DNA from: Longimicrobium sp. | GTDB taxonomy: Bacteria > Gemmatimonadota > Gemmatimonadetes > Longimicrobiales > Longimicrobiaceae | NCBI GenBank assembly: GCA_036259235.1 | Contig: DATACF010000078.1 | Coordinates: 1-58,183, forward strand | Direction: 5' to 3' | DNA: 58,183 nucleotides | In this document: one piece after another, positions 49,501-58,183 of the stretch | How the letters are laid out: each line of letters begins with the position of its first letter | How positions within the stretch are numbered: position 1 is the stretch's first letter | Program-made: the position numbers and the translations under genes | Notes under the pieces: generated by a model | Database searches by the model: none | What the model saw: only the letters and a program-made list of their open reading frames with translations | What the model was told of the DNA's origin: nothing

Positions 49501-52500
49501 GTGGGCGAGATCGCCATCCGCACGCCGTACCTCGCGCGCGGCTACCTGGGCGACCCCGCGCTCACGGGCGCGAAGTTCGTCGCCAACCCCGTCACCGGCG
49601 ACCCGGCCGACCGCGTCTACCGCACGGGCGACCTGGGCCGCTTCCGCCCCGACGGGACGGTGGACATCCTGGGCCGCGCGGACGGGCAGGTGCAGCTCCG
49701 CGGCTTCCGCGTGGAGCTGGGCGAGGTGGAGGCCGCGCTGGCCAAGCACCCGTCCGTCCGCGAGTGCGTCGTGGTCGCCCGCGACGACGCGCGCGGCGAG
49801 CGGCGTCTCGTCGCCTACGCCATCCCGTCCTCCGACGCGATCGACCCGGCCGAGCTGCGGACCTTCCTCCGCGGCGCGCTCCCCGACTACATGGTGCCGT
49901 CCGCCTTCGTCGCGCTCGGCGCGATCCCGCTCACCGCGAACGCGAAGGTGGACCGCCGCGCGCTCCCCGACCCCGACGAGGCGGCGGAGGGCGCGCGCGA
50001 GCACGTCGCCCCGCGCGACGCGGCCGAGGAGACGCTGGCCGCCATCTGGGCCGAGGTGCTGGGGCGCCAGCGCGTCGGCGTCACCGACGACTTCTTCGCG
50101 CTGGGCGGCCACTCGCTCCTGGCGACGCAGGTCGTCTCCCGCATCCGCCGGGCGTTCGGCGTCGAGGTCCCGCTGCGGGCGCTCTTCGAGGCGCACACGG
50201 TGGCGGCGCTGGCCCGCGCCATCGCGGCGGCGGACGCCTCCACGCGCATCCCCCCGCTCGTCCCCGTGGGGCGCGACCGCGCGCTCCCGCTCTCGTTCGC
50301 GCAGGAGCGGCTCTGGTTCCTCGACCAGATGGACCCGGGGAGCTTCGTCTACAACATGCCGGGCGCCGCGCGGATGCCGTTCGCCGTCGACGCCGGCGTC
50401 ATGGAGCGGGCGCTGGGCCTCATCGTCGCCCGCCACGAGTCGCTCCGCACCACCTTCGCGGCGGGGAGCGAGGGGCCGGTGCAGGTGATCGCGCCCGCCG
50501 GCGACTTCCGTCTCCGCGTCGTCGACCTGACGCACCTCGATCTCGAGGCGAGAGAGGCCGAGGCGCTCCGCCTGGCGAGCGAGGACGCGCAAGTACCGTT
50601 CGACCTCGCGCGCGGACCGCTCTTCCGGGCGAAGCTCGTCCGGATCGCGGAGGACGACCACATGCTCCTCTTCGCCATGCACCACGCGGTGAGCGACGGG
50701 TGGAGCACGGGCGTCTTCGTCCGCGAGCTGAACGAGGCGTACGGCGCCTTCGCCGAGGGGCGCGAGCCGGGCCTCCCCGAGCTGCCGGTGCAGTACGCCG
50801 ACTTCGCGGCGTGGCAGCGCGAGTGGCTGAAGGACGACGAGCTGGAGCGCCAGCTCGCCTGGTGGCGGCGGAGCCTCCGCGGCGCGCCGCCGGTGCTGGA
50901 GCTGCCGACCGATCGGCCCCGGCCGCCGGTGCAGACCTTCGCCGGGTCGCACGTCTCCTTCGTCCTCCCGCCCGCGCTGGCCGAGCGGCTGTCTGGGCTG
51001 GCCCGCGAGGAGGGGGCGACGCTGTTCATGGTGCTGATGGGCGCCTTCCAGCTCTTCCTCTCGCGCTACGCCGGGCAGGACGACGTGGTCGTCGGCACCC
51101 CGATCGCCGGGCGGACGCGGACGGAGGTGGAGGAGCTCATCGGCTTCTTCGCCAATACGCTGGCGCTGCGCGGCGACCTCTCGGGCGACCCGAGTTTCCG
51201 GGCGCACCTGCGGAGCGTGCGGGAGACGACGCTGGGGGCGTACGCGCACCAGGACGTCCCGTTCGAGAAGCTGGTGGACGCGCTGGGGGTGGAGCGCAAC
51301 CTGAGCGTGAGCCCCCTCTTCCAGGCGCTCTTCGTCCTCCAGAACGCCCCCACGCTTCCGGGCGCGGAGGCGGAGGCTCCCCCGGCGGAGGCCGCGGCCG
51401 CGCCGGAGGCCGAGCTGGGGCGCGCCAAGTTCGACCTGAGCCTGTCGATGATCGAGCAGGGCGGCGCGCTGGCCGGCCGCCTGGAGTTCAACACCGACCT
51501 CTTCGAGCGCGCCACCGCCGAGCGGATGGCGGCGCACTTCCGCACCCTCCTGGAGTCCGTCGCGTCCAGCCCGGGCGCGCGCGTCTCCACCCTCCCGCTC
51601 GTCGGGGCGGACGAGCGCGCCGCGCTGGTGGCGGCGTCGTTCGGACCGGCGGCGGACGCGGCGCCGCGCGGCCTCACCCTCCACGGGGCGTTCGCTGCGA
51701 CCGTGCGGCGGGATCCGGACGCCGTCGCGCTCCGCTTCGAGAGCGAGGCGGTGACCTTCGGCGCGCTGGACGCCTGGTCGAACCGCGTCGCGCGGATGCT
51801 GGCGGAGCGCGGCGTCGGTCTCGAGGACCGCGTCGCGGTCTGCACCGAGCGCTCGCCGGCCTTCTTCGCCGCCATGCTGGGGGCGATGAAGGCGGGTGCC
51901 GCGTACCTCCCGCTCGACCCCGCGTACCCGGCCGACCGGCTGGCGTACATGCTGGAGGACTCCGGCGCCCGCGCCGTCCTGGCGCAGGCGGACTTCGCCG
52001 GGAGGTTCGACGGGCGCGAGACGCTCGTCATCCCGTCCAGCGACGAAGGAGACGAGACCGCGCCGGCCGTCGCGGTGGACCCGGAGAACGCGGCGTACGT
52101 CATCTACACCTCGGGGTCGACGGGCCGTCCCAAGGGCGTCGTCGTCCCCCACCGCGCCATCGTCAACTCGGTGGCCGAGGCGGTGGAGCGCTACGGGATC
52201 GGGGCGGGCGACCACCTCCTCCAGTGGGCCTCGTACTCCTTCGACGGCTCGCTGATGGAGATCGCCGCCGCGCTGATCAGCGGCGCCTCGCTCCGCCTGG
52301 CCCCGCGCGACGAGCTCCTCCCGGGGCCCGACCTGGCGCGGAAGCTGGCGGCGTGGGAGGTGACCTGGATGGTGATGGTCCCCTCGGCGCTGGCGGCCAT
52401 GCCGGCGGCCGAGCTGCCGAAGCTCCGGATCGTGGGCATCGGCGGCGAGGCGCTGGCGCCGGAGCTGGTGGAGCGGTGGGCGCCGGGGCGGCGGATGGTG

Positions 52501-55500
52501 GACCTCTACGGCCCCACCGAGGCGGCCGTCTGGTGCGCGGGGGGCGACGTGGCCCCCGGCGAGCCGGTCACCATCGGCACCGCCGTCTCCAACGTCCGCC
52601 TCCACGTCCTCGACCCCGCCGGCCAGCCGGCGCCCACCGGCGTCCCCGGCGAGCTGTACGTGGGCGGCGCCAACGTGGCCCGCGGCTACCTCGGGCGGCC
52701 GGCGCTCACCGCCGAGCGCTTCGTCCCCGACCCGTTCAGCCGTGAGCCCGGCGCGCGGATGTACCGCACCGGCGACCGCGTCCGGCGCCGCGCCGACGGG
52801 CGGCTGGAGTTCGTGGGCCGCGCCGACGAGCAGGTGAAGGTGCGCGGCTTCCGCGTGGAGCCGGGCGAGATCGAGGCGGCCGTCCTCGCCCTCCCCGGCG
52901 TCCGCGAGGCGGCGGTGGTCGCCCGCCCGCACGCCTCGGGCGACGTGCGGATCGTGGCCTACGTCGTCCCCGCCGACGCGGTGGCGCTCGACGTCGACGC
53001 GCTCCGCGCCGCGCTGGCGGCCGAGCTCCCGGACTACATGGTCCCCGCCGCCTTCGTGGCGATGGACGCGCTCCCGACGCTGCCGAACGGGAAGACGGAC
53101 CGGCGGGCGCTGCCGGAGCCCGAGTGGACGGCGCGCGAGGCGTACACCGCCCCGCGCACCGAGGCCGAGGCGCGGATCGCCGAGATCTGGCGCACGATCC
53201 TCCGCGTGGAGCGGGTGGGGATCGACGACGACTTCTTCTCCATCGGCGGGCACTCGCTCCTGGCCACGCAGGTGGTCTCCCGCATCCGCGAGGCCTTCGC
53301 GGCCGACCTCCCGCTCCGGGCCCTCTTCGAGGCGCCCACGGTGCGGAAGCTGGCGGAGCGGCTGGAGGGGGCGGCCGCGGCGGGCGAGGCGGCCATCCAC
53401 CACTCGGCGATGCCGCCGATCCGCCCGGTGGACCGCTCGCGCCCCCTCCCGCTCTCGTTCGGGCAGAACCGGATGTGGGTGGTCGACCAGCTCGACCCCG
53501 GGAGCGACCTCTTCACCATGGGCGTCCCGCTCCGCCTCACCGGCGGGCTCGACGTGGACGCGCTGGAACGGGCGGTGGGCGAGGTCGTCCGCCGCCACGA
53601 GACGCTGCGGACGACCTTCCGCGAGACGGGGGACGGGCCCGAGCAGGTGGTGGCGCCCTTCGCGGGGTTCCGCCTCCCGGCCGACGACCTCTCGGGGCTC
53701 GGCGAGGCGGCGCGCGACGCCGACTTCCGCCTGGTCTCCACGCAGGTCCTCCGCGGGGGGTACGACCTGCGGAAGGGGCCGCTCTTCCGCGCCCGGCTGG
53801 TGCGGATGGCCCCGGACGACCACGTCCTGCTGATGGGGCTCCACCACGCCGTCAGCGACGGGTGGTCGATCGACGTCCTCACCCGCGAGGTGACGACGCT
53901 CTACGCCGCCTTCGCGCGGGGCGAGCCCTCGCCGCTCCCCGAGCTCCCGGTGCAGTACGCCGACTTCGCGGCGGCGCAGCGGGCGTGGATGCGGGGCGAG
54001 GTGCTGGAGCGGCAGCTGGCGTACTGGAAGGGGCGCTTCACCCCCCTCCCGGCCGTCCTGGAGCTCCCCTCCGACCGGCCGCGCCCGCCCGTGCAGTCGC
54101 ACCGCGGCGGCCACGCGGCGCTCCTCCTCCCGCGCGAGCTCACGCAGCGCGTGGAGGCGCTGGCGCGGCGCGAGGGGGCCACGCTCTTCATGACGCTGGT
54201 GGCGGGCTTCAAGCTTCTCCTGGGGCGGCTGGCGGGGACGGAGGACGTCGTCGTCGGCTCGCCGATGGTGGGGCGGCACCGGCCGGAGCTGGAGGGGATG
54301 ATCGGGCTCTTCCTGAGCACGCTGGCGCTCCGCACCGACCTTTCGGGCGACCCGACGTTCCGCGAGCTCCTCCACCGGGTGCGCGAGACGACGCTGGGGG
54401 CGTACGCCCACCAGGACCTCCCCTTCGAGCGCCTCCTGGAGGAGCTGGAGGTGGAGCGGAGCCTGGCGCACTCGCCGCTCTTCCAGGTGATGTTCAACCT
54501 CCTGACCTTCGGCACGGCCGAGGCGGCGGCGCCGCTCCCCGGCGTCACGGCGTCGTCGGTCGACACGGGGGTGGAGACGGGGGCCAAGGTGGACATGACC
54601 GTCTACGCGCGGCCCACGCCCGACGGCGTCGTCCTCAACCTGGTCTACGCCACCGACCTCTTCGACGCGCCGCGGATGGAGGAGATGCTGGAGCAGTACC
54701 GCCTCCTCCTGGAGCAGGTCACCGCCGACCCGGACCTCCCGACCGGCTCGGTGTCGCTCCTCACGGACGAGGCGCGGGCGGCGCTCCCCGACCCCACGGA
54801 GCCGATCGAGGCCCGCGGGCTCGGCCCCGTGCACGCCGCGGTCTCCGCGCGCGCGGCGGCGCGTCCGTCCTCCGTCGCGCTGGTGGATCGGGATCGTTCG
54901 TGGACCTACGGGGAGCTGGAGTCCACGTCGAACCGGATCGCCCACCACCTGATCGCGAACGGGGTCGCGAAGGGCGACGTCGTGGCCCTCCACGCGCACC
55001 GCTCGGCGTGGACGGTGGCGGCCATGGTCGGCGTCGCGAAGGCGGGGGCGGCGTGGACGGTGCTCGATCCCACCTACCCCGAGGCGCGTCTGGTCGAGCG
55101 CGTGGGGGTGGCGAAGCCGCGCGCGGCCATCCACGTGGCGCTCGACGGGGTCGAGCTCCCGGCCGGGGTGGCGTCCGCGCTGGGGACGGAGGTGCTGACG
55201 CTCGGCGGCGATCCGGCGGCGCACGCGGCGCTCGCCGGACGCTCCGCGGAGGCGCCGGAGGTCGAGGTGGGGCCGGACGACGTCGCCTACCTCGCCTTCA
55301 CCTCGGGGACGACGGGGGCGGCGAAGGCGGTGGTGGGGACGCACGGGCCGCTGTCGCACTTCTTCCACTGGTACGGCGAGACCTTCGGGCCCACGCCGGA
55401 CGACCGCTGGACGATGCTCTCGGGCCTCTCGCACGACCCGCTGGTGCGCGACGTCTTCGCCCCCCTGGCGACCGGGGGGACGCTCGTCGTCCCCGACCCG

Positions 55501-56700
55501 GCACAGGTGGGGGCGCCGGGGTACCTGGCCGAGTGGATGGCGCGCGAGCGGGTGACGGTGGCGCACCTGACGCCGGCCATGGGGCAGCTGCTGACCGGGA
55601 CGGCGGGGGAGACCACCCTCCCCGACCTGCGGCTGGCCTTCTTCGGCGGCGACGTGCTGAGCACGCGCGACGTGGAGCGGCTGCGGGCCCTGGCGCCGCA
55701 CGTGACGGTGGTGAACTTCTACGGGGCCACGGAGACGCCGCAGGCCATGGCGTTCCACATCGTCCCCACCGTCTCCACCGGCGACGGCGCGCGCACCGGG
55801 CTCCCGGTGGGGCGGGGGATCGAGGGCGTCCAGCTCCTCGTCCTCGACCCGTCCGGCCGGCTGGCGGGCGTCGGCGAGCGGGGCGAGGTCGTCATCCGCA
55901 CGCCGTACCTGGCGCGCGGCTACCTCGGCGACGAGGCGGCGACGGCGGAGAAGTTCGCCGCCAATCCCTTCACCGGCGACCCGGCCGACCGCGTCTACCG
56001 CACGGGCGACCTGGGGCGCTACGAGCCCGACGGCACCGTGCGGCTGGCCGGCCGCGCCGACGCGCAGGTGCAGGTGCGCGGCTTCCGCGTGGAGCCGGGC
56101 GAGGTGGAGGCCGCGCTGGCCGCCCACCCGTCCGTCCGCGAGGCGGCCGTGGTCCCGCGCGAGACGCCCGCGGGCGACCGGGTCCTGGTGGCCTACGTCG
56201 TCCTCGCGGACCCGGTGGACGGGGCGGGGCTCCGGGCGCACCTGGCGTCGCGGGTCCCGGAGTACATGGTCCCGGCGGCGTTCGTCTCCGTCAAGGCGCT
56301 CCCGCTGACGCCGAACGGGAAGCTCGACCGCCGCGCCCTCCCCGACCCGGCCGCGCTCGCCCTCCCCGAGGCCGAGCACGTGGCGCCGCGGACGGTGGTG
56401 GAGCAGGTGCTGGCGGAGATCTGGACGGAGGTGCTGGGGCGCCCGCGGGTGGGCGTCCTCGACTCCTTCTTCGCCATCGGCGGCCACTCGCTCCTCGCCA
56501 CGCAGGTGCTGGCGCGGGTGGAGCAGGCCTTCGGCGTCCGCCTCCCGCTGCGGACGTTGTTCGAGCAGCCCACCATCGCCGCGCTCGCCGAGGCGCTGGA
56601 AAACAGCGGCCAGGGCGTCCTCGCCGACGTCGAGGCCGAGCTGGAGGGGCTCTCCGACGAGGAGATCGAGGCGCTCCTGGCGGAGGCGGGGGAGGAGTAG
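37528..56700 (+). CDS. Hexamodular NRPS C(DCL)-A-T plus (C-A-T)x5, no TE; 6390 aa
   Basis: Start [18 protein letters not shown]. Six C, six A and six GGHSL T domains. Codes DVAAVGGTYK, DVQFVAQVVK, DALWCGGSLK, DPRHFGFQAK, DGMVGGLVWK, DPRHFGFQAK. Ends [15 protein letters not shown]. Confidence 0.95.
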   Translation: MSRQNVEDIYPLSPLQQGILFHTLLSPGAYTEQLAMDMRGPLHVEAFARAWQKAVDRHPALRTGFVWENVPNPLQVVYRQAKVPTEILDWRHLAAPEREARIETLLKDDRAAGFDMAKAPLLRIKLIRTGEKEHFFLLSFHHILIDGWSLPLVMMDMGAAYEAELTHQTVKAPPVRPYREYIAWLNRQDLAQAEGYWRRALAGVTAPTPLPLDRGAPGDVTEEHALEAVRLAGDLSERLDTFARANKLTVNTVVQGAWSLLLSRYAGEEDVVFGTTVSGRPADLPGVESMVGLFINTLPVRVSVPRDRAVLDFLAGLQEQQAELRQYEYARLTDVQGWSEMARDLPMFESLLVFENYPLGGSVENEPEEDALDIAPRQVLDRTNFAISFVVAPVGDIELRMTYDARRFDAATIRRLLAGVRTALEGFLAAPEGALGDVPLVPEEDRLRMAEWHAETARAYPPDVLVHQLFEARAAAHPEVPAVVHDGETVTYGELNERANRLAHRLRRLGVGPEAAVGVVMERDPDLVAAILAVLKAGGAYVPVDPAYPADRVGFILADAGAKVVLTQSRLADTLPAVDGAAVIAVDDAPEVEGEGAWDPEPVADPRNRAYVIYTSGSTGRPKGVEIAHANTSALLHWMGERFPLSAGERVLASTSVTFDVHVAELHYALAHGGTLVLVENALSLAEVGEGAGLVHAAMVPTAAAELARIGGVPGTLKRIVLGGEAVPSALGADLYALGVAEVHNGYGPTEDTTYSTTALLPRDGKRAPIGRPVGGSRGYVLDERLRPVPIGAPGELYLAGAGVSRGYLGRPGMTAERYLPDPESETPGARMYRTGDLVRRLPDGELEYLGRIDFQVKVRGFRIETGEVESVLAGHPAVGSAVVVAREDVAGDRRLVAYLVPSNGAVPPSSDLREWVRESLPEYMVPSAFVPLEAWPLTSSGKVDRRALPAPDASLLEHAGWVAPRSGVEEMLAGVWAELLRVDRVGAHDSFFELGGHSLLATQLVSRIREAFRVELPLRTVFEAGRLDTLAAAIEGALKGGAAGGVPDLEPRLLGAEAPLSFAQERLWLIDQLEPGGAAYNMAEATRLTGALDHGALERTFTEIVRRHAVLRTVYAERDGQPVQVIAEAAPLSIPVDDLTHLPAEERKAEARRIVDAAARAPFDLATGPVIRVRLIRLAEDDHVLVMTMHHIAADAWSIGVLVREMAVLYEAFSAGSPSPLAEPRLQYADYAAWQREWLSGAALDAEVGWWSDALAGAPPVLELPTDRPRPATQSYAGAEYEFSLPRALAEQASALSRKEGATLFMALLAAFQVVLSRWSGQRDLLVGTPIANRTRGEVEDLIGFFTNTLVIRGELGGEPTFRDLLLKARERLLGAYAHQDVPFEKLVDALHVERSLSHSPLFQVMFTLNNATQGEFALSGLTLDRFGRDVGTARFDLTLVLTEDEGELRGVVEYATDLFDRATMERLVGHFRAVLEQAAAAPETRVSAFSLLGEEEKRAVVHGWNATDVAYDGPATLAALFEAQAARTPDAVALSFRGEDLTYAQLNARANRLAHHLRALGVGPDSRVGVCIERSVDMAVAVLATVKAGGCYVALDPAYPEDRLRYMLDDSRAAVLLARAATAYRLPRTDAAFVRVDADREEIERRSPDDPQVAVDPENLGYVLYTSGSTGRPKGVALPQRALVNLVRWQTAKWAGEPPAATLQFASLSFDVSFQEIFATWSGGGTLVLVDDDTRRDADALLRYLAENGVERLFLPFAALQHLAEVAAERDLGGLKLREIVTAGEQLQSTPDLVRFVLSTGARLENQYGPTEAHVVSAYTLPAETEAWPLLPPIGAPIANDRLYVLDARFEPVPVSVPGELYLAGEGLARGYLDRPGLTAEKFVPSPFGPAGARMYRTGDRARWLPTGDVQYLGRADDQVKLRGFRIELGEIEAVLRQHPAVGDAAVVVRGEGGDKRLVAYVVAHQGQGADAAALKAHLKGRLPEFMVPSAVVPMETLPLTPSGKVDRRALPAPEAAGGGGGFVEPRTETERAVAAVWAEVLRNERVGVHDDFFDAGGHSLRAAQAMSRLRDAFGVDLPLRALFEAPTVAELAERIEAAGGRFREGGAPAITRAPRTAGLPLSFAQERLWLVDQLQPGSPAYNMPGALRIRGALDASALERALAEIVRRHEPLRTTFAVHGDRPVQVVHPAGAFALPLEDLTGTGDAEAREAEMLRRVDAEARTPFDLRTGPVIRARLLRLAEEEHVFLFTFHHITADGWSIGVFVGELTVLYDAFSRGLPSPLPELPAQYADFAVWQRRWLSGAALERQMAYWRDTLAGAPPLLELPADRPRPALESFRGASAVFGLVPELVDRLRAVARESDATLFMALLAGFQLLLSRWAGQDDVVVGSPIAGRTQTQVEGMIGLFINTLALRGDLSGDPSFAALLGRTREATLGAFAHQDLPFEKMVEELAPERSLSHHPVFQVVFSLQNTPQEGIDLGGVDLSFIETDSGTARMDLSLSLTETPDGGLYATVEYATDLFDAATVDRLFARYADLLDAAAARPSEPVSALAVAEGEERETVVRAWNRTATEYPRHATIHSLFAEVAAASPDAVALVYEGETTTYGELDRKANRLARVLQARGVEAGARVGLTVERSADSVAAMLAVLKAGASYVPLDASYPAERLRFMLDDSACAALVVRDAVPEALAGFGGAVVSLAADRDAIEGESGEALSVETSPEAEAYVMYTSGSTGRPKGVRTPHRGVVRLVRETNLADFGPDQVALHAASLAFDASTLEIYGALLNGGRLVVFPAHTPSVEELGAAIRENGVTLAWLSVGMFNRMIDERPEDLAGLAQLCTGGDAASIPHTRRALELLPGVRLINGYGPTENTSLTTRRVVRAEDAERASVPIGEPLSNTRVYIVDSKLRPVPVGVPGELVTAGDGVALGYVNRDDLTAEKFVTVDFGNGLTERVYRTGDRARWLDGGTVEFLGRVDTQVKVRGYRIEPGEVETVLASFDNVGKAVVIVREDVPGDKRLVAYVTPRDGVAPTADALREAARGALPEYMVPAAFVVIDEVPLTPNGKVDRRALPAPEWTREDTYLAPRTETESTLAAIFAEVLGVERAGIDDDFFHMGGHSLLATQVVSRIRQAFGVELPLRAVFEATTVRGLAGKIEGERPADAMTVAEAERKSGRIPLSFAQERMWFLDQLDPGSAVYNLPSPMRLKGALDVDALERALSDIVRRHEVLRTSFGLRDGAPVQVIAPPFRVRLEAVDLSHLSEEEREAEAARITAADLDAPFDLAAGPLFRAGLVRLAEDEHVLLVNFHHAITDGWSMGVFFRELLALYGAFSLQRPSPLPEPALQYADFAVWQRKWLDAARVAEQVAYWKETLAGAPAVLELPTDHPRPAVQTHAGASEWALFPRELVDGLHALSRREGATLAMTLLAAFQLLLGRLAGQDDVVVGTPIAGRTRAETEEMIGLFLNTLALRTRLDGDPTFSELVGRARETMLGAYAHQDVPFERLLEEVRPERSLAWSPVFQVMFNLLNFDAGGAVPEGLQITPVGGEHEYGAKFDLTLYLQETPHGMVVHALYNPDLFSAGRMEEMVRQLQAVLEQAVREPSRPVSTFTLLSDEARPALPDPAAPLPAEWFGPVHSAVSARAAEAPSRVALVDRDGEWTYAELESTANRIAHRLVSSGIAKGDVVAIHAHRSAPLVAAMLGVAKAGAAWTVLDPAYPPARLAERVLTALPRAWVRVAAAGPVAPELEALIGHLPFVAEIELPAGPNPASLADLPTDPPAVDVGPDDLAYLAFTSGTTGTAKAVMGTHRPLSHFFRWYVETFATTADDRWSMLSGLAHDPLLRDVFAPLVSGGTLVIPDAEEIGTPGYLAWWMAAQDVTVAHLTPAMGQLVASGEGDDGSPVLPALRLAFFGGDALTARDVRRVRSVAPNVRVVNFYGATETPQAMGWFEPQTEPEGAREALPVGRGIDGVQLLVLTPAGSLAGVGEVGEIAIRTPYLARGYLGDPALTGAKFVANPVTGDPADRVYRTGDLGRFRPDGTVDILGRADGQVQLRGFRVELGEVEAALAKHPSVRECVVVARDDARGERRLVAYAIPSSDAIDPAELRTFLRGALPDYMVPSAFVALGAIPLTANAKVDRRALPDPDEAAEGAREHVAPRDAAEETLAAIWAEVLGRQRVGVTDDFFALGGHSLLATQVVSRIRRAFGVEVPLRALFEAHTVAALARAIAAADASTRIPPLVPVGRDRALPLSFAQERLWFLDQMDPGSFVYNMPGAARMPFAVDAGVMERALGLIVARHESLRTTFAAGSEGPVQVIAPAGDFRLRVVDLTHLDLEAREAEALRLASEDAQVPFDLARGPLFRAKLVRIAEDDHMLLFAMHHAVSDGWSTGVFVRELNEAYGAFAEGREPGLPELPVQYADFAAWQREWLKDDELERQLAWWRRSLRGAPPVLELPTDRPRPPVQTFAGSHVSFVLPPALAERLSGLAREEGATLFMVLMGAFQLFLSRYAGQDDVVVGTPIAGRTRTEVEELIGFFANTLALRGDLSGDPSFRAHLRSVRETTLGAYAHQDVPFEKLVDALGVERNLSVSPLFQALFVLQNAPTLPGAEAEAPPAEAAAAPEAELGRAKFDLSLSMIEQGGALAGRLEFNTDLFERATAERMAAHFRTLLESVASSPGARVSTLPLVGADERAALVAASFGPAADAAPRGLTLHGAFAATVRRDPDAVALRFESEAVTFGALDAWSNRVARMLAERGVGLEDRVAVCTERSPAFFAAMLGAMKAGAAYLPLDPAYPADRLAYMLEDSGARAVLAQADFAGRFDGRETLVIPSSDEGDETAPAVAVDPENAAYVIYTSGSTGRPKGVVVPHRAIVNSVAEAVERYGIGAGDHLLQWASYSFDGSLMEIAAALISGASLRLAPRDELLPGPDLARKLAAWEVTWMVMVPSALAAMPAAELPKLRIVGIGGEALAPELVERWAPGRRMVDLYGPTEAAVWCAGGDVAPGEPVTIGTAVSNVRLHVLDPAGQPAPTGVPGELYVGGANVARGYLGRPALTAERFVPDPFSREPGARMYRTGDRVRRRADGRLEFVGRADEQVKVRGFRVEPGEIEAAVLALPGVREAAVVARPHASGDVRIVAYVVPADAVALDVDALRAALAAELPDYMVPAAFVAMDALPTLPNGKTDRRALPEPEWTAREAYTAPRTEAEARIAEIWRTILRVERVGIDDDFFSIGGHSLLATQVVSRIREAFAADLPLRALFEAPTVRKLAERLEGAAAAGEAAIHHSAMPPIRPVDRSRPLPLSFGQNRMWVVDQLDPGSDLFTMGVPLRLTGGLDVDALERAVGEVVRRHETLRTTFRETGDGPEQVVAPFAGFRLPADDLSGLGEAARDADFRLVSTQVLRGGYDLRKGPLFRARLVRMAPDDHVLLMGLHHAVSDGWSIDVLTREVTTLYAAFARGEPSPLPELPVQYADFAAAQRAWMRGEVLERQLAYWKGRFTPLPAVLELPSDRPRPPVQSHRGGHAALLLPRELTQRVEALARREGATLFMTLVAGFKLLLGRLAGTEDVVVGSPMVGRHRPELEGMIGLFLSTLALRTDLSGDPTFRELLHRVRETTLGAYAHQDLPFERLLEELEVERSLAHSPLFQVMFNLLTFGTAEAAAPLPGVTASSVDTGVETGAKVDMTVYARPTPDGVVLNLVYATDLFDAPRMEEMLEQYRLLLEQVTADPDLPTGSVSLLTDEARAALPDPTEPIEARGLGPVHAAVSARAAARPSSVALVDRDRSWTYGELESTSNRIAHHLIANGVAKGDVVALHAHRSAWTVAAMVGVAKAGAAWTVLDPTYPEARLVERVGVAKPRAAIHVALDGVELPAGVASALGTEVLTLGGDPAAHAALAGRSAEAPEVEVGPDDVAYLAFTSGTTGAAKAVVGTHGPLSHFFHWYGETFGPTPDDRWTMLSGLSHDPLVRDVFAPLATGGTLVVPDPAQVGAPGYLAEWMARERVTVAHLTPAMGQLLTGTAGETTLPDLRLAFFGGDVLSTRDVERLRALAPHVTVVNFYGATETPQAMAFHIVPTVSTGDGARTGLPVGRGIEGVQLLVLDPSGRLAGVGERGEVVIRTPYLARGYLGDEAATAEKFAANPFTGDPADRVYRTGDLGRYEPDGTVRLAGRADAQVQVRGFRVEPGEVEAALAAHPSVREAAVVPRETPAGDRVLVAYVVLADPVDGAGLRAHLASRVPEYMVPAAFVSVKALPLTPNGKLDRRALPDPAALALPEAEHVAPRTVVEQVLAEIWTEVLGRPRVGVLDSFFAIGGHSLLATQVLARVEQAFGVRLPLRTLFEQPTIAALAEALENSGQGVLADVEAELEGLSDEEIEALLAEAGEE

Positions 56701-56991
56701 GGCAGGGAACCCGAGGATCGGTTTCCGGTCGGGGAACGGGCGGCGGCGTTCCCTTCCCCCGATTCCCTCGCAGAGACCCTCGCGGTGGCGGGGAGTCCGG
56801 CGCGACGGCTCGAGGGCCGGAGGCGGCCATTTCCGTCCTCGTTGGGGGGCGGGGAGAGAATGGAGTCCGGAAGGAGCCACGCTGGAAGGGCCGGACCAAT
56901 CAACCGGAAGCTGGGTAACAACATAGAACGAGGGTGTGGGAAACGGTCCTAAACGCAGGTATATCAAGGACTAGCGTGGTGGATAACCAGC

Positions 56992-57020
56992 TTGACACGG
57001 CCCCTGCGGGGCATTAGCTT
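56992..57020 (+). promoter_or_regulatory. Sigma70-type promoter for the TA pair
   Basis: TTGACA (56992-56997), a 17-nt spacer, then TAGCTT (57015-57020), in an AT-richer patch. Confidence 0.7.
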
Positions 57021-57077
57021 CGTTCCATGCAGGTCTTTCGGTTATTTTTCGGTTACTCGGTGAGCGGAGATGATGGG

Positions 57078-57509
57078 ATGACTTCGGCACACGACGTGGC
57101 GGCGTACATCCTGGAGAAGCACGGGCCTCTATCGGCGATGAAGCTCCAGAAGCTGGTCTACTACTCCCAGGCGTGGTCGCTCGTCTGGGACGACCGGCCG
57201 CTTTTCAGTGAGCCGATCGAGGCATGGGCGAACGGCCCGGTCGTGCGAGACCTGTACGAGCGCCACCGCGGCCAGTTCGAGGTAAAGGACTGGCGCTGGG
57301 GATCGGCCGAGAAGCTGGACGACGAGGCGCGCGAGACGGTAGACGCCGTTCTGGAGTTCTACGGCCCGCGAAGCGCTCAGTGGCTCAGCGATCTCACTCA
57401 CCGCGAGGAGCCCTGGCGAGAGGCACGCGAAGGCATCCCGGACGGCGTCCGCGGCGCGGCGCCGATCTCGCTCGCGACGATGATGGAGTACTACAGCTCG
57501 CTCCAGTGA
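57078..57509 (+). CDS. Panacea-domain (DUF4065, SocA/GepA-like) antitoxin
   Basis: AHDVAAYIL...MKLQKLVYYSQAW...LF...IEAWANGPVV...LY...LSDLTHREEPW signature. ggag lies 8 nt before ATG 57078; an alternative in-frame ATG is at 57027. Confidence 0.9.
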   Translation: MTSAHDVAAYILEKHGPLSAMKLQKLVYYSQAWSLVWDDRPLFSEPIEAWANGPVVRDLYERHRGQFEVKDWRWGSAEKLDDEARETVDAVLEFYGPRSAQWLSDLTHREEPWREAREGIPDGVRGAAPISLATMMEYYSSLQ

Positions 57510-57518
57510 AGATCGCCG

Positions 57519-57989
57519 ATGGGAATGAAGAAGCGGCCGAAAGCGCCGGAGTTCGCGGATCGGGGGAAGTCGCCCCGGTCCGCGTTTGCGCTTGAAGGCG
57601 GGCGCACCCCGCGTGCGATTCCTTCGGATCCAACGGCCAGAAACCCTGTCTGGGCATTCAAGATCACGGATCTTGGCGGGCCATGGTGCTGGAGCGCGAT
57701 GACGTCGCAGGAGATGCGCGACGTCCTCACGCGGCTCGGCCACTTCGAGTCGATGACGTGGCGGGAGATCGATGGCCCGGGCGGCAGCCACGGTGTTCCC
57801 TTCGGGAACCTTGTCAAAAAGGCACGGGATCGGCTCGTCGAGATCCATCAGGACGACGTCGACGAATACTTCTCGTTGAGGATCACCGCGCGAGGGCGGG
57901 TGTGGGGTATTCGAGAAGAGCACGTGCTCCGCGTCCTCTGGTGGGACCCCCGACACGAGGTGTGCCCATCGCCCAAGAAGCACACCTGA
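57519..57989 (+). CDS. Putative toxin partner of the Panacea antitoxin (possible RelE-like fold)
   Basis: Starts 9 nt after the antitoxin stop. Basic N-terminus. The C-terminal FSLRITARGRVWGIR...LRVLWWDPRHEVCP beta-strand pattern is reminiscent of RelE-superfamily proteins. Function is inferred from context. Confidence 0.65.
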   Translation: MGMKKRPKAPEFADRGKSPRSAFALEGGRTPRAIPSDPTARNPVWAFKITDLGGPWCWSAMTSQEMRDVLTRLGHFESMTWREIDGPGGSHGVPFGNLVKKARDRLVEIHQDDVDEYFSLRITARGRVWGIREEHVLRVLWWDPRHEVCPSPKKHT

Positions 57990-58183
57990 CGGCCATCGTT
58001 TTGGCCTTCGACCGCGTGAAATCATCAGGAAGGCGTCCCCGCCGGAACGGCGGGGACGCCTTCCTGATGATTTCACGCGGTCGAAGGCCAAAACGATGGC
58101 CGTCAGGTGTGCTTCTTGGGCGATGGGCACACCTCGTGTCGGGGGTCCCACCAGAGGACGCGGAGCACGTGCTCTTCTCGAAT
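57909..58183. repeat. Terminal fold-back inverted repeat (arms 57909-58044 and 58048-58183, GAA loop), probable artefact
   Basis: The last 136 bases are the exact reverse complement of 57909-58044, including the 3' end of the toxin gene. Confidence 0.95.
58030..58062 (+). terminator. GC-rich hairpin, possible terminator of the TA operon
   Basis: aaggcgtccccgccg-gaa-cggcggggacgcctt, 40 nt after the toxin stop. The native stem length cannot be separated from the fold-back. Confidence 0.4.

Noticed and set aside
56978-56986. DnaA-box-like ggtggataa just upstream of the TA promoter
   Set aside because: A single one-mismatch copy with no box cluster or unwinding element; likely chance.
57129-58151. 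340-aa minus-strand ORF over the TA pair
   Set aside because: It begins inside the artefactual fold-back, is antisense to two credible genes and has no recognisable domain.

Overview
A very GC-rich bacterial fragment. Codon style and intergenic repeats suggest Gemmatimonadota/Longimicrobium-like DNA, but that is inference. About 56.6 kb is one incomplete, all plus-strand hybrid NRPS-PKS cluster: seven NRPS genes (15 modules, the first truncated), one single-module PKS (KS-AT-degenerate KR-carrier) and a stand-alone FkbH-type glyceryl transferase. No thioesterase/reductase release domain, MbtH, PPTase, transporter or hydroxymalonyl-ACP dehydrogenases are visible. The most unusual elements are: two Lys2 (alpha-aminoadipate reductase)-like A domains inside elongation modules; a Tyr-to-PKS step with an atypical AT, a dead KR and an adjacent FkbH; a C domain with a His-rich insertion; two D-acceptor (DCL) NRPSs for only one epimerase-terminated donor; and repeated docking peptides. 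A Panacea (DUF4065) antitoxin and a putative RelE-like toxin follow the cluster. Both window ends are perfect 136-137 bp fold-backs, most likely library or assembly artefacts. A-domain codes were read by eye against GrsA numbering and substrate matches are from memory, so they need tool confirmation.
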